Program-made: the position numbers and the translations under genes
In this document: positions 1-9,606 of the stretch, in pieces
How the letters are laid out: the number at the start of each line of letters is the position of its first letter
Position numbering within the stretch: the first letter of the stretch is position 1
The notes under the pieces: model-generated
What the model was told of the DNA's origin: nothing
Database searches by the model: none
What the model saw: only the letters and a program-made list of their open reading frames with translations
Assembly: GCA_963808135.1 (NCBI GenBank)
Contig: CAWEFA010000027.1
Span: 66,416 to 130,415 of the forward strand
Length of the DNA stretch: 64,000 bases
From: an uncultured Bacteroidota bacterium
GTDB taxonomy: Bacteria; Bacteroidota; Bacteroidia; Bacteroidales; DTGW01
Direction: 5' to 3'

Positions 1-137
1 GGCAGGGTCAGACTTATTCCAGGTTTTGTTTTATCATTAAAGTACGAAGAATCGTATGTAAATACGAATGTGCTACTATCTGTCTCAGCTAATATCCCTG
101 TTAAAATACCATTTCTATAGACTTCAGCTTTTCTCAT
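1..137 (-). CDS. hipA: HipA-family toxin kinase, N-terminal domain only (gene runs off the left edge)
   Basis: Not in the ORF track because it is open at the window edge. The reverse-strand ATG at 137..135 overlaps the TGA of the upstream HTH gene (ATGA). My translation MRKAEVYRNGILTGILAETDSSTFVFTYDSSYFNDKTKPGISLTL fits the HipA N-terminal-domain pattern (V-Y..G..aG-L ... F-x-Y ... ISLxLP). Confidence 0.6.
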   Translation of the reverse strand, partial: MRKAEVYRNGILTGILAETDSSTFVFTYDSSYFNDKTKPGISLTL

Positions 138-346
138 TTATTAGGTTTTTTTAGTTCGAGTTTGATTTCAATGCCTAATATATCAGCAATCTTTTGTAAA
201 TTATTTAATGTTATATTTCCTTTGCCACTTTCAAACCGCTTTAATGTTGCAATTCCTACTTCTGAAAGTTCTGCAAGGTATTCCTGGTTTATGCCCAGAA
301 TATCCTTTCTTTCTTTTATTACTTTTATAATCTCTTCGTTTGTCAT
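134..346 (-). CDS. hipB: XRE-family helix-turn-helix protein, HipB-like antitoxin
   Basis: Lies within ORF 134..433. The ATG at 346 gives 70 aa, MTNEEIIKVIKERKDILGINQEYLAELSEVGIATLKRFESGKGNITLNNLQKIADILGIEIKLELKK, a classic Cro/XRE HTH. It overlaps the hipA-like start by 4 nt. Confidence 0.7.
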   Translation of the reverse strand: MTNEEIIKVIKERKDILGINQEYLAELSEVGIATLKRFESGKGNITLNNLQKIADILGIEIKLELKKPNK

Positions 347-364
347 TTCAAAAAAAATAAGTTC

Positions 365-504
365 GGTATCATATATGATACTATTGAGTAAAGATATGGT
401 ATATTTAATTAAAAAACAATATAAAAGTATCATTTATGATACCGTAGAAGATGATTCGACTTTATATAGTGTACAATTGTGAGAATAGTATCATATATGA
501 TACC
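365..504. promoter_or_regulatory. Three copies of an 18-bp palindrome at exact 61-bp phasing upstream of the HTH gene (candidate operator array)
   Basis: GGTATCATATATGATACT at 365..382, AGTATCATTTATGATACC at 426..443 and AGTATCATATATGATACC at 487..504. Start-to-start spacing is 61 and 61 bp. The first copy lies about 18 nt upstream of the ATG at 346. Confidence 0.5.
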
Positions 505-523
505 GTTTGGTGGTTAAGAAAGT

Positions 524-668
524 CTAATGATTTTGAACTATCCTGAATTTCTGGATAGTTGAAGTTCTATCCAACTCGCCACTATTAAAAATATTCTGCA
601 AGTATTCATTTGCCGTGCGAACATCAACATCAAAAAGTTCAGCCACATAACCTGATTTGTTCGGTTGA
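524..668 (-). pseudogene. RhuM-family protein, N-terminal remnant
   Basis: The reverse-strand reading QPNKSGYVAELFDVDVRTANEYLQNIFNSGELDRTSTIQKFRIVQNH* resembles the first ~50 residues of RhuM-family proteins (AELF.V....I..HL.NIF..GEL....KF). It has no start codon and stops after ~48 codons. Confidence 0.35.
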
Positions 669-696
669 TATTAATAAACTAATAAATTTGGCATTG

Positions 697-1381
697 TTAA
701 ATAAGTATAGCTAAATCATTATTCCATTTAAACATTAGCAATTTTATTGAATAAATCAACATATATTTTGCTTTTGTATAACATTTAGTTTTCCTTCTTA
801 ATCTTGCTAAGAAATGCCTGAAGAGACTATTATAGCCTTCTACTGTATATGTTTCTGCTTTTGTCTGAAACAATTGCTCTTTAGGTACAAATTCATTATA
901 AGCTTTCCAATAGTCGGCACATACTATTCCTTTGGAAAATTCTTCAATTTTATTCCAGAGCTTTTTCCCTGTTTCTGTTCCTCGTGTGCCAATTTCACAA
1001 TTGACGAACCTGTGCCCATTTCTATCAACAGCAATCCATATCCAGCAGTAGTTTTTTTTGAACCAATATATGTATGCATTTCATCCAATTCTACAACTTC
1101 AATTTCACCAGAATTTCTAAATTCATCTAGTTTTTCTCCAAAGGACTTTATCCAATTAAAAACAGCAACATGGCTTACATTTAAATATCGTCCTATTGAT
1201 CGAAACCCTAAACCTTCTAAATATAAAATCAATGCATTTCTTTTAAGGTTATTAGGCTTTCCTATTTGCTCAACAGTAAACTATGCTTGCAATCTTTACA
1301 TAAATATCGTTGCTTTGATTTAACTATACCATCTTTACGGAAATTTTTACTTTTACATTTTGGGCAGCTATCCATATTCAT
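697..1381 (-). mobile_element. IS1-family transposase gene, disrupted by two frameshifts
   Basis: Reverse strand from the ATG at 1381: MNMDSCPKCKSKNFRKDGIVKSKQRYLCKDCKHS (zinc finger). A shift at the A3 run 1278..1280 leads to FTVEQIGKPNNLKRNALILYLEGLGFRSIGRYLNVSHVAVFNWIKSFG...ELDEMHTYIGSKK. A shift in the T8 run 1052..1059 leads to NYCWIWIAVDRNGHRFVNCEIGTRGTETGKKLWNKIEEFSKGIVCADYWKAYNEFVPKEQLFQTKAETYTVEGYNSLFRHFLARLRRKTKCY, with the stop at 697. The layout and motifs are those of IS1-family transposases. I could not define convincing terminal inverted repeats. Confidence 0.8.
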
Positions 1382-1422
1382 TTCATTTAGGTTTATAACT
1401 GTACAAATATATAAAAACTATA

Positions 1423-2171
1423 CTAAATTAACAATACCCTTATTTTTTCGATAAACGGAATGAGCGTGTGGCCTTCGTAAATACTACCTTCATAAATATC
1501 GTAACCAATTGCATAGCCTCCAAGTCCAACAAGCAAACCAATGTAAATCTGTGGGCATTGGTGTTTGCCATCTTTACTAAATCCGGTTTTGCGCAGATCA
1601 TCCTCATCGCTTGCTTCAAAATACAACGTGGTCATGTCGTAAAATACAACACTGATTTTATTATTAAGAACTCTCAAAGTGTGATTAAATGCAATATTCT
1701 CAACCTGTGGCTTCAGTTTGTCGTTCAATTTGTCCAAAAAACGATATACAGCATCTATATCCAGGCTTGTTCCCTGATAACGGTATAAATAATTAATGGT
1801 TTTGAGCTTACTCAAAGGAAATGCCAGCCGGGCAATTACTAAATGACGGAAAAATTCGTCGTTAATAGCATTAAAGCCAATGTAATTATATATTTTCCCA
1901 AAGATTATTTCGGGTCCGAGAGTGCGGATGCTTGCGTTGTCCAATTTAGAGAAGGCTTGCTCAATAGTTGCATCGCCCTCGAATCCGAAAAGCTTTTGGG
2001 ATTACCACTAAGTCGCTCAATCTCTTGTCTGGCAAGGTGTACTAATTTTTCAATTTCCTGCTGCGTGGTGGCAGAACCTATTGTTTTAACTACTTTATAG
2101 CGTCCATTATGCTTCTGTATGACTTGAATACTAAAGCTCCCGGAAGAATTAGGTTTCTTTCTGATAAACAT
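1423..2171 (-). mobile_element. IS1634-type (IS4 superfamily) transposase, N-terminal part only, frameshifted and 3'-truncated
   Basis: ORFs 1905..2171 ([33 protein letters not shown]) and 1423..1944 (LGPEIIFGKIYNYIGF ... VVFYDMTTLYFEASDEDDLRKTGFSKDGKHQCPQIYIGLLV) match the conserved N-terminal third of IS1634-type transposases. The two frames join at the A4 run 1988..1991. The frame ends at ~1440, where the IS1-like segment begins, and the DDE part is missing. A 9-bp inverted repeat GGGACACCC/GGGTGTCCC lies at 2184..2192 and 2232..2240. Confidence 0.65.
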
Positions 2172-2240
2172 ACTTTAAAATTCGGGACACCCAAATTAAA
2201 AATACTTTTCAATATTTACAAGGGTTTCATAGGGTGTCCC

Positions 2241-2420
2241 AAAAAAGTGCGGAAAACAGGAAAAGAAACACTTATTGACTCATCAAAGCATTTGGTTTTA
2301 AAAACTGCCCATCCTTCGCCGTATTCTGTAACTTATGGATTCTTTGGCTGCCGTCATTTTTCGAAAACCAATCAATATCTTGAGGAACATGGGCTAAAAC
2401 CTATCGACTGGCAATTATAA
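2241..2420 (+). pseudogene. ung: Uracil-DNA glycosylase, 3' remnant
   Basis: [59 protein letters not shown] is the C-terminal ~55 residues of family-1 UDG (the HPSPLS-motif region). The catalytic N-terminal part is absent and is replaced by the IS1634-like segment. Confidence 0.7.
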
Positions 2421-2449
2421 ATTATGAAGCCCTAAACCTTAATGCTTCC

Positions 2450-3116
2450 TTACTGGTTGGCAATTGCATTGTTTAGGAACTTATTGAATGGCACAAGCGC
2501 AGTAAAAACTTCAGTTATTTCATCCATGAGACGGTTATCGTGAAGCATTTGAAAGGGAACATCTTTGGCAACCGAATAATTTTTAAATTTTAAGTATTCG
2601 ATATAAGGAAAACCGGCAGGAAAATCTTTAGGTGGTTTTTTCAGCTTTTGGTCATCGTCGATGTTGCCGAAATGTTTTACAAAAGTTGGCTTTTGAACTA
2701 TTTCAAGAAACTCGTCGATATTTTCATAAATTTCCAATCGTAATTTTTTTAAAATTTCCGGCATAGGCATATAAATGCCTCCGGCAAGCATATTCAACCC
2801 AGGTTCGATATGAAAATAATAACCTGCAAAACCGCTTTTCCTACCGCCTTTGACCATATAAGCGCCAAAATTTACTTTATAGGGCGTTTTGTCGTTTGAA
2901 AATCTTGTATCGCGATAAATACGAAAAGTGCAATCTTTTGGCTCGAGATAAGCAATATCTCTATCAATATTCCCGAAAACAGCAATTATTTTAGCAGTGA
3001 AATTCTCAAATTCTTTTTTTGCTTCGTCGTACCAGTTTTTGTTTTTTTGAAACCACTCCCGATTTGTTGTTTTCTTTTAACTGCTCAAGAAAATCGGTAA
3101 GTCTTTTACTTATCAT
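2450..3116 (-). CDS. DUF2461 (TIGR02453-type) protein with one frameshift near the 5' end
   Basis: ORF 2450..2857 continues upstream in the same frame as TNREWFQKNKNWYDEAKKEFENF...FRIYRDTRFSNDKTPYKVNFGAYMVKGGRKSGFAGYYFHIEPG. The start MISKRLTDFLEQLKENN (ATG at 3116) is in another frame. The join maps to the T3 run 3063..3065. Confidence 0.7.
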
Positions 3117-3143
3117 TTTTATTCTTTTTATAAATCCAAAATA

Positions 3144-5633
3144 TTATTCCTGCCAGAAGCAGCAGTAAATTACTAAAATAGAACTGGCATTAGCAACTTT
3201 CCGGCCAATGTAATACGATTTAGGTTCAAATTTAAATTCTATTTAATGACTACCGGAAGGTATAATCATTGACCTTAAAATATAATCGGCCCTTCCATAG
3301 GGTGCAGGATTGCCGTCAATGTATGCATTCCAGCCTTTGTCATAAAATATCTCCGAAAATACAGCCAATTGCGGATTTTTTTTAACAATCCGACCGGTAC
3401 TCAAGGCGCGCCGGTGCATAAGAAAGTAATTTAATATTTGCACTGCTGTCAAATTTTAATGTTTCAATTCCCGGTAGTTTTGTTTCAAACCGTTTATCAA
3501 TAATCGCTGTTTGTTTGGGGTTGAATTCATTTACTGCCGCCAACGCCCATCGGCATTTTTTACCCATTTAACTTCCTTAACAAACCAGGCATTGCCCATA
3601 GCAGAAGTATTAATTAAAGGGTTTGCATCAGAATTATAAATAATGTATTTGGTGTTTAACATATTTAGAATTGACAAATCTTTAAAAACCTTATCGAGAT
3701 TTTCAATTGTAACCTTTGACCGAAGCGCTGAACCGAGTTTAGAAATATCCCTGGAAAGCGGGCCATCAATCAAATCCTGGTACCTGCGCATTTTTGCGCC
3801 ATGATAACCACCAATAGATTTATGAAAATATGGGGTATAAGCATCGGCAAACACACCCCTGGTAAGGTTTAAAACCCTGTAATCGAGATCATATCCTTCA
3901 AAATTATTTCATCAGTCGTAGTTTTCACAAACTGGTTCTGGTATTCCGTTTTCGTTACGAAATTTTCTTTATTAATATAGCGACGGTCAACTCCCCACAA
4001 GTCAACCAATATTAAAATGCACAACCCTGATGAAAACAAAACAGGTTTTATCTTTTTTAAAGCAAATCCCCAGATCAGCCCGGCTGAAAGCAAAACAAAT
4101 ACGAGCGACCGGAAAGAATCGGCCCGGAGTATCGATTGCCTGTCCATTTGCATTGCCGATATAAGGTTATTTATTATGTCTTCAGGCCATTTAGCCGATT
4201 TTAATTGTTCAATTAGTCCGGAATCCTGACTGCTGCTGAAATTAAAAAACCATCCGGAAATTAAAATAAATATCAGCAATATCCCTCCGACAATCCCAAG
4301 AGAATATTTTAAAGCTTTTACAGTTTCTTCTTTATTAATTTTCTCATCAAACACTTCTTTTAAGGCAAAGAAACCTAATAATGGAAAAGCAAAATTTGCA
4401 ATTACAAGAATCATTTCAACAGTCCGGAATTTGTTGTATCCGGGGAAATAATAGAAAAACAGGTCGGTGACTAATGTAAAATTTTTGCCCCACGCAAGTA
4501 CAATTGACAAAATTGCTGCTGACAAAAGCCACCATTTTTTAGCGCCTTTAACTATAAAGAGTCCAAATACAAACAAAAAGCAAATTATAGCGCCAAAATA
4601 TTTAGGGCCGGAAGTAGAAATCAAATCACCCCAATATACCGGCAAACTGGCTGCAATACGAACCGCATCCTGCGCCCCCGCCTTTTGAAGTTCTTCAGCA
4701 GTCCTTGAATCTTCTTTGAATCCATTTACCCCGGCGCCCATTAAATTCGGGACCAAAACAGAAAATGTTTCAGAAATGCCGTAGCTCCATTGCAGCGCAT
4801 AATCTTTATCAAGCCCTCATGATTCTTTTTCCCCGCTTTTTAAAATATGCTCCGACTTGCCCCTTATGCTGTATTTGCCGTATTCGTAAGTTGTCCATAA
4901 ATTTGTAATATTTGGCAGAATTGCCAGGACAACGGAAAAACAAAAATGGCGGAAACAATAAAGAAATGTTTTAGTTCTTTTATTTTAAATGTATAAATAA
5001 ATTTTACTATGAAAAGAACCAATATAGTCATAAAGCAGTAATATGCTATTTGCGGATGGCTAAAAGAAATTTCTAAACCTGTTGCAAAAACGGTAAACAA
5101 CCCACCCCAAAAATATTTTTTATCAAACAATAAAAGCACACCGGCAATAACCAAAGGCATCATGGATATTGCATAAGCCTGGGTAATATGCCCAACACTA
5201 ATTATAATTATATTGAACGATGCAAAAGCAAACCCGATAGCCCCTGCAATGCTTAAAATTTTATCAACCCTGAGGCTTATAAGAAGGATATAAAAACCAA
5301 GAAGCAATAAAAATAATATGGCTACTGTTGTGTAAGGCAAATGCAGGCTTATTTCCACTGAAGCCTGTGGAAAATATTAAATGACGGCGCTCCTTTTATT
5401 AAATAAGAAGGCATACCGCCAAACATTGAATTTGTCCAAAGTGGATGTTCGCCCGGATGTGCCTTTTCGTATTCGACTAATTCGTGCGACATACCTTTTG
5501 TGTGTGTATCGTCCATTTGCGGCAGGCTCTTTCCTGTTAATACAGGGCTGAAATAAGCATAGCTTAAAATTACGAACCCAACAATTATAAATATGTGCGG
5601 AACCAGCGGCCTAAAAATGTTTTTCAAATCCAT
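3144..5633 (-). pseudogene. YfhO-family polytopic membrane protein (GT-C-like), fragmented
   Basis: Six consecutive reverse ORFs (5349..5633, 4864..5358, 3869..4756, 3531..3854, 3382..3567, 3243..3452) change frame at every junction. There is also an in-frame TAA at 3243..3245, after which the same frame continues IEFKFEPKSYYIGRKVANASSILVIYCCFWQE* to 3144. The N-terminus (PLWTNSMFGGMPSYLI) is typical of Bacteroidota YfhO proteins. Confidence 0.75.
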
Positions 5634-5721
5634 TTTGTAAATTTTTAATTCATAAAATTAAAGAAATTTTGTTTGCAGTATTTCCACTTGACAATTTTTT
5701 TGAAAGCAACTTAAACAGAAA

Positions 5722-6249
5722 TTAATAAAAGCGTGAATCAATGAGCGTAAAACGCCAGGGTTTGTTTTTCCAAATATCGCCGGCATAATCAATACCAATC
5801 CTGCAAGAGGTTGAATATGATATTTTATCAGAATTATCCACGATGTAAAGTCTTTGCGAAGTTATAAGGTTTTCACCATTAAAAGATTTATCAATTTCCA
5901 AATACCTGGAAAGTTTTCCGGGCCCGTTGAATTTCTCAAGGCCTCTTATCAGCGCGGCTTGCGGTGTGCCCTCTTGTCCGGCAACAACATTTATCATCCA
6001 ATACATCCCATAAATAAGGTACATATAAATAAAACCTCCCTGACTGTACATTATTTCATTTCTGGCAGTCCTTCCCATACGCGCATGACAAGCCAGGTCT
6101 TCTTCGCCCCTGTATGCTTCAGTTTCGGTAATCATTAATCTTTTTTCATTTCCTTCGGGGCAAATCCTAACCAATGTTTTACCTAACAGTGCAGGAGCAA
6201 CTTCTAAAACATCATTTGTATAAAAGTCAGGCCCCAACCGCTTTTCCAT
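5722..6249 (-). CDS. mpg: DNA-3-methyladenine glycosylase (AAG/Mpg family)
   Basis: Intact 175-aa ORF. ITETEAYRGEEDLACHA..GRTARNEIMYSQGGFIYMYLIYGMYWMINVV..ALIRG is the Mpg-family signature. Confidence 0.8.
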   Translation of the reverse strand: MEKRLGPDFYTNDVLEVAPALLGKTLVRICPEGNEKRLMITETEAYRGEEDLACHARMGRTARNEIMYSQGGFIYMYLIYGMYWMINVVAGQEGTPQAALIRGLEKFNGPGKLSRYLEIDKSFNGENLITSQRLYIVDNSDKISYSTSCRIGIDYAGDIWKNKPWRFTLIDSRFY

Positions 6250-7824
6250 TTTCGAAAGTATTATTTATTCCCCACAAAAAAATCGAATAAAAAAAGGTGG
6301 TAAAAGTTAAGCCCACTTGATTTTCAATGGCATCTTCGTTAATGAACGATAAAAAGATGACAATAAAAATCATAACAAAATAATAGAAGTTCCATTTCTT
6401 TTCAAGCACTGGCGGAACAATAAATGCAAGAATTATAAGAATGAAACCGATAATACCGAAATGAATCATAAAACGAAGATATTGATTGTGCGATTCTCTT
6501 TGAAAATGCTTTTCCAACCCGGTATCATGCGTTTTATAATAGTTTTCAAAAGCTTTTTTGGCATCGCCGGTGCCAAGCCCAAAAAGAGATTTTTCTTAAT
6601 TATACTTAATGACATTTTAATATAAACAAGCCTTTGAACTACAGAATGGCCGCTAACGCTTCCATTGTTCATGTAATCGTCAACTTCCCCAACAACTTCA
6701 TATATGCGCGGATAAATACTGCCCATTTTGGCAAAAATTTTATTTGCCATACCTTTTTCAACATTTCTAATATCTCTATTCGTCATCTTCCATATACCTG
6801 CAGAATCTTTTCTCAATCCCATAGAAGTTAAATATCTTATCAGCGTATATTTTATAGGTTGGTTTCTTAAATCGTTATTATTAAAAAATATTTTGCTGCG
6901 TTTGTTCCATTCACGTTCCAATTCAACCGGACAATAATAAAGCCATACATAATGGCCATTTTCCCTACTGTTGTTTAATGTGTCATTAATGTATGGGTTC
7001 CCATTAACGGTATATTTTTCGAGTTTGTTAAAATCAATCTTATCTTTTGCATAAAAATCGTGTACTACTGAAAAAATATATCCGGTTGCAAAAATTGGCG
7101 CCATTATCAATGCCAATATTATTCCTGTTTTTGCATACCGGTTTTTTACCTGGTTCATATTAATAATAATCAAAATAAAAGTTGATATAAACAGAATAGA
7201 AATTCCGGTAAGTGATTTTAACAGAAATAAGAAATAAATAAGCCATATTGCAGATATTGTATAAACCAAATGAAGCCGGTTATACGAAGGGAAACCTTTA
7301 ACCAGCCAGTACAAGAGGATATGAATGCCAACAACAACCATTAACGAAAGCCTGATGTGAGAAATAAAAATTGAAATTTCCCTTACGTCGCTAAATTTTA
7401 TTGGAATAATGCCAAAAAATATCAAAGCGCTGAAAAGAGTTGAGAAAATAACTGCAAGGATAAAAATGTGCATTATCAGTCTAAACTTTTTAACAGGTAT
7501 TGGCTCCGATGTTCCAATAATTACAGGTAGAATAATAAGCGGCAATTTTAGGAAAAGGTTTATAAATCCGAGATTTGTTTCGGAAGTGCCGAACATCCAT
7601 ATAATATGGACAACGTATATGGTTAAAAAAATCAGGATACTTTTCCGGCGATACAGGATTTTCAGCTTCTGTGGCAGGTTCCCTTCAAGCAGCCAGTTTA
7701 ATATCAGCAATATCTGGCTTATAACCAGGAATTGCCTGTAATATAGTAATGATACAGCCAGCAATGCCAAAAGCCAAAAATAAATATCACGGCTGTAAAG
7801 CCTATATTGTTTCAGAAAGCCCAT
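6227..7824 (-). CDS. O-antigen-ligase-like (Wzy_C-type) polytopic membrane protein with one frameshift
   Basis: Built from ORFs 6466..7824 and 6227..6517, with many TM helices. Shifting frame near 6572..6577 restores NLFLGLGTGDAKKAFENYYKTHDTGLEKHFQRESHNQYLRFMIHFGIIG, the GxGxG ... HNxYL ... GiiG pattern of O-antigen ligase family proteins. Confidence 0.6.
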
Positions 7825-7911
7825 AACAATTTAAAAGGTTTGCGAAAGTATGAAAAAAAGGTTTAATAAAAAATTTGAATAAAGCTTGATTTAATAAAGG
7901 CAAATTGGTCA

Positions 7912-8069
7912 AATTCCCCCTTTGAAGGGGGTTAGGGGGATGTTAGGTTTAATTTGCCTGTTTAATTTGAATGTTTATATGATCGTATTTAAGAAGATTC
8001 GCTTAATAAAGTTTTTTAAGCGATGATTTTATTTATTATACATCCCCCAACCCCCTTCAAAGGGGGATT
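7912..8069. repeat. Pair of inverted ~30-bp G/C-hairpin repeats enclosing ~98 bp
   Basis: The left arm AATTCCCCCTTTGAAGGGGGTTAGGGGGATG is at 7912..7942. The reverse complement of the right arm (8041..8069) is AATCCCCCTTTGAAGGGGGTTGGGGGATG, which differs by two single-base indels. Each arm also contains its own CCCCCTT..AAGGGGG hairpin. The pair is intergenic between two same-strand genes. Confidence 0.7.
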
Positions 8070-8146
8070 CTTCCTGATTAGCTTTTAACTGTATTATAAT
8101 TTTTAAAACTTAATTCGCATTAAATGTGTAATGCAATTGGGAGAAA

Positions 8147-9595
8147 TTAATCAACAATCAGCGGCTTGTCCGTTCTCTTTTTTTGCTGGGCGCCGGCGCC
8201 AAAAACAAAATTAATACCAAACCTGAAATCGAAATTTTCGGCCTTGTAAGGTATATAGTCCTTTTTAGCATAATATAAAGGAATATTATCGAATATAAAA
8301 TAAAAATTAATAGGTATAAGATAGATTATGGGGTCAGTAACTCGGAATGACAAGCCTACACCCATGTTTGAAAATCCGTTATCTAATATAGAATAGCTGG
8401 TTGACAACATAAACATCCTGAAAAGCCTCAAGTTGCCTGAAAGCGTAAATTGCTGGTAAAATTGATTTCTGTAATATTGGGTAACAGAAAGCAGGCCAAG
8501 ACTGAAGAATTGCGCCGGTATAAATTCTGCTCCCAGAATAAGCTTTGCAGGCAACCAGGTTGTGTATTTTGTTTTTGTTTGACTGAATTTGAAAACATGC
8601 TTAAATGAATCTACAAGCTGGCTTGTAAATTTATTGCTGTCAGAATTATTAAGTAAATCAATATTGCCAACCCCCATAAATGAGGTATCGCCTTTAAAGC
8701 TGAATTTGTAGGTTTCACTTCTCCATCGGATAAATCCAATATCGAGCAAACTGGCAGAAAACATGAACTTATCAATGCCGCTGTAAGTAACCCCGAAATC
8801 GAACCCTACACCCGGGTTATTAAAAGGTTTATAATATTTATAGGGATTGCCGCTACGGGATGTAATGCTTTTTAATTTGCCTGCCGAATCGGTTTCAACA
8901 TTAAAATAGGGCATAGTAGCATAAACATTCAAATCGGCGCTGACATTCTGCCTGTACATGCTGTCGACCACTGATGAGCCAAAAGTGAATTTGTTATTTT
9001 GTGTGGTAACATTGAATATGCCCGATAGCGCTTTTGCGCGCACCCCAAACGTAATATTATCATTTATATTTTTTGAAACGCCCAATGATACTTCAGCATA
9101 ATTTGAAGTGTTTATTCCAAAATTTTTAAAATTATAGGATGTTGTAGTATTAAGCTGCAGCGTTGACATAAGTTTAATAAAATCACGGGGATAAGAAATG
9201 GCCATATCCGATTTAACAGAAACTCCCAATGTAAAAAAAATACCTTTTATTCTAACACCTATGTTTAAAGGGGAAACCTGGAGATTATAATAAATATTAT
9301 TAATTTCTTTTAAATTTTGGATGAAATTATGCGTTTTAGCGGAGTCATGTAAAAATGTAATTAAAGTATCGTTTCTATAAGGAATAAGAATATCCTTTAG
9401 GCTAAGGGAATTGTTGCCGGCGTTGGCATAAATGTCTGCAATGCCCAGGAAAAAATTGCATTTGGGCTGAAATGCCGGGTTTAGCTGGTTATATTCAGGC
9501 ACTTTATCCATAAAATAAAGCGTAGTATTTATTTGCGCTGATAAAGAAGCAAAAAATGTACAGGTAATAATAAAAGAAATTAAGCGTCGTATCAT
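8147..9595 (-). CDS. Predicted outer-membrane beta-barrel protein, family uncertain (PorP/SprF- or DUF5723-like)
   Basis: 482 aa with a signal peptide (FFASLSAQ) and an early LNPAF motif. Alternating aromatic and hydrophobic strands run throughout and end in FGINFVFG. Confidence 0.45.
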   Translation of the reverse strand: MIRRLISFIITCTFFASLSAQINTTLYFMDKVPEYNQLNPAFQPKCNFFLGIADIYANAGNNSLSLKDILIPYRNDTLITFLHDSAKTHNFIQNLKEINNIYYNLQVSPLNIGVRIKGIFFTLGVSVKSDMAISYPRDFIKLMSTLQLNTTTSYNFKNFGINTSNYAEVSLGVSKNINDNITFGVRAKALSGIFNVTTQNNKFTFGSSVVDSMYRQNVSADLNVYATMPYFNVETDSAGKLKSITSRSGNPYKYYKPFNNPGVGFDFGVTYSGIDKFMFSASLLDIGFIRWRSETYKFSFKGDTSFMGVGNIDLLNNSDSNKFTSQLVDSFKHVFKFSQTKTKYTTWLPAKLILGAEFIPAQFFSLGLLSVTQYYRNQFYQQFTLSGNLRLFRMFMLSTSYSILDNGFSNMGVGLSFRVTDPIIYLIPINFYFIFDNIPLYYAKKDYIPYKAENFDFRFGINFVFGAGAQQKKRTDKPLIVD

Positions 9596-9606
9596 ATAAT
9601 TAAATT

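Noticed and set aside
1052-1059. The A8/T8 run in the IS1-like gene as a programmed -1 ribosomal frameshift site, like the A6C site of IS1 insAB'
   Set aside because: The run lies downstream of the DEMHTYIG segment, inside the catalytic (InsB-equivalent) region, not at the InsA/InsB junction. A second unrelated frameshift is also needed upstream. Homopolymer indel or decay is more likely.
162-2100. Plus-strand ORFs in the track (162..482, 814..1323, 1266..1454, 1468..1788, 1843..2100) as real genes
   Set aside because: Each is antisense to a minus-strand reading frame with clear family motifs (HTH, IS1, IS1634). Their translations are low-complexity with no recognisable motif, so they are shadow ORFs.
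3243-3245. The in-frame TAA in YfhO as evidence for stop-codon reassignment
   Set aside because: TAA terminates many clearly complete genes in the same window, for example those ending at 697, 26530 and 27497. Long ORFs otherwise behave as in the standard code.
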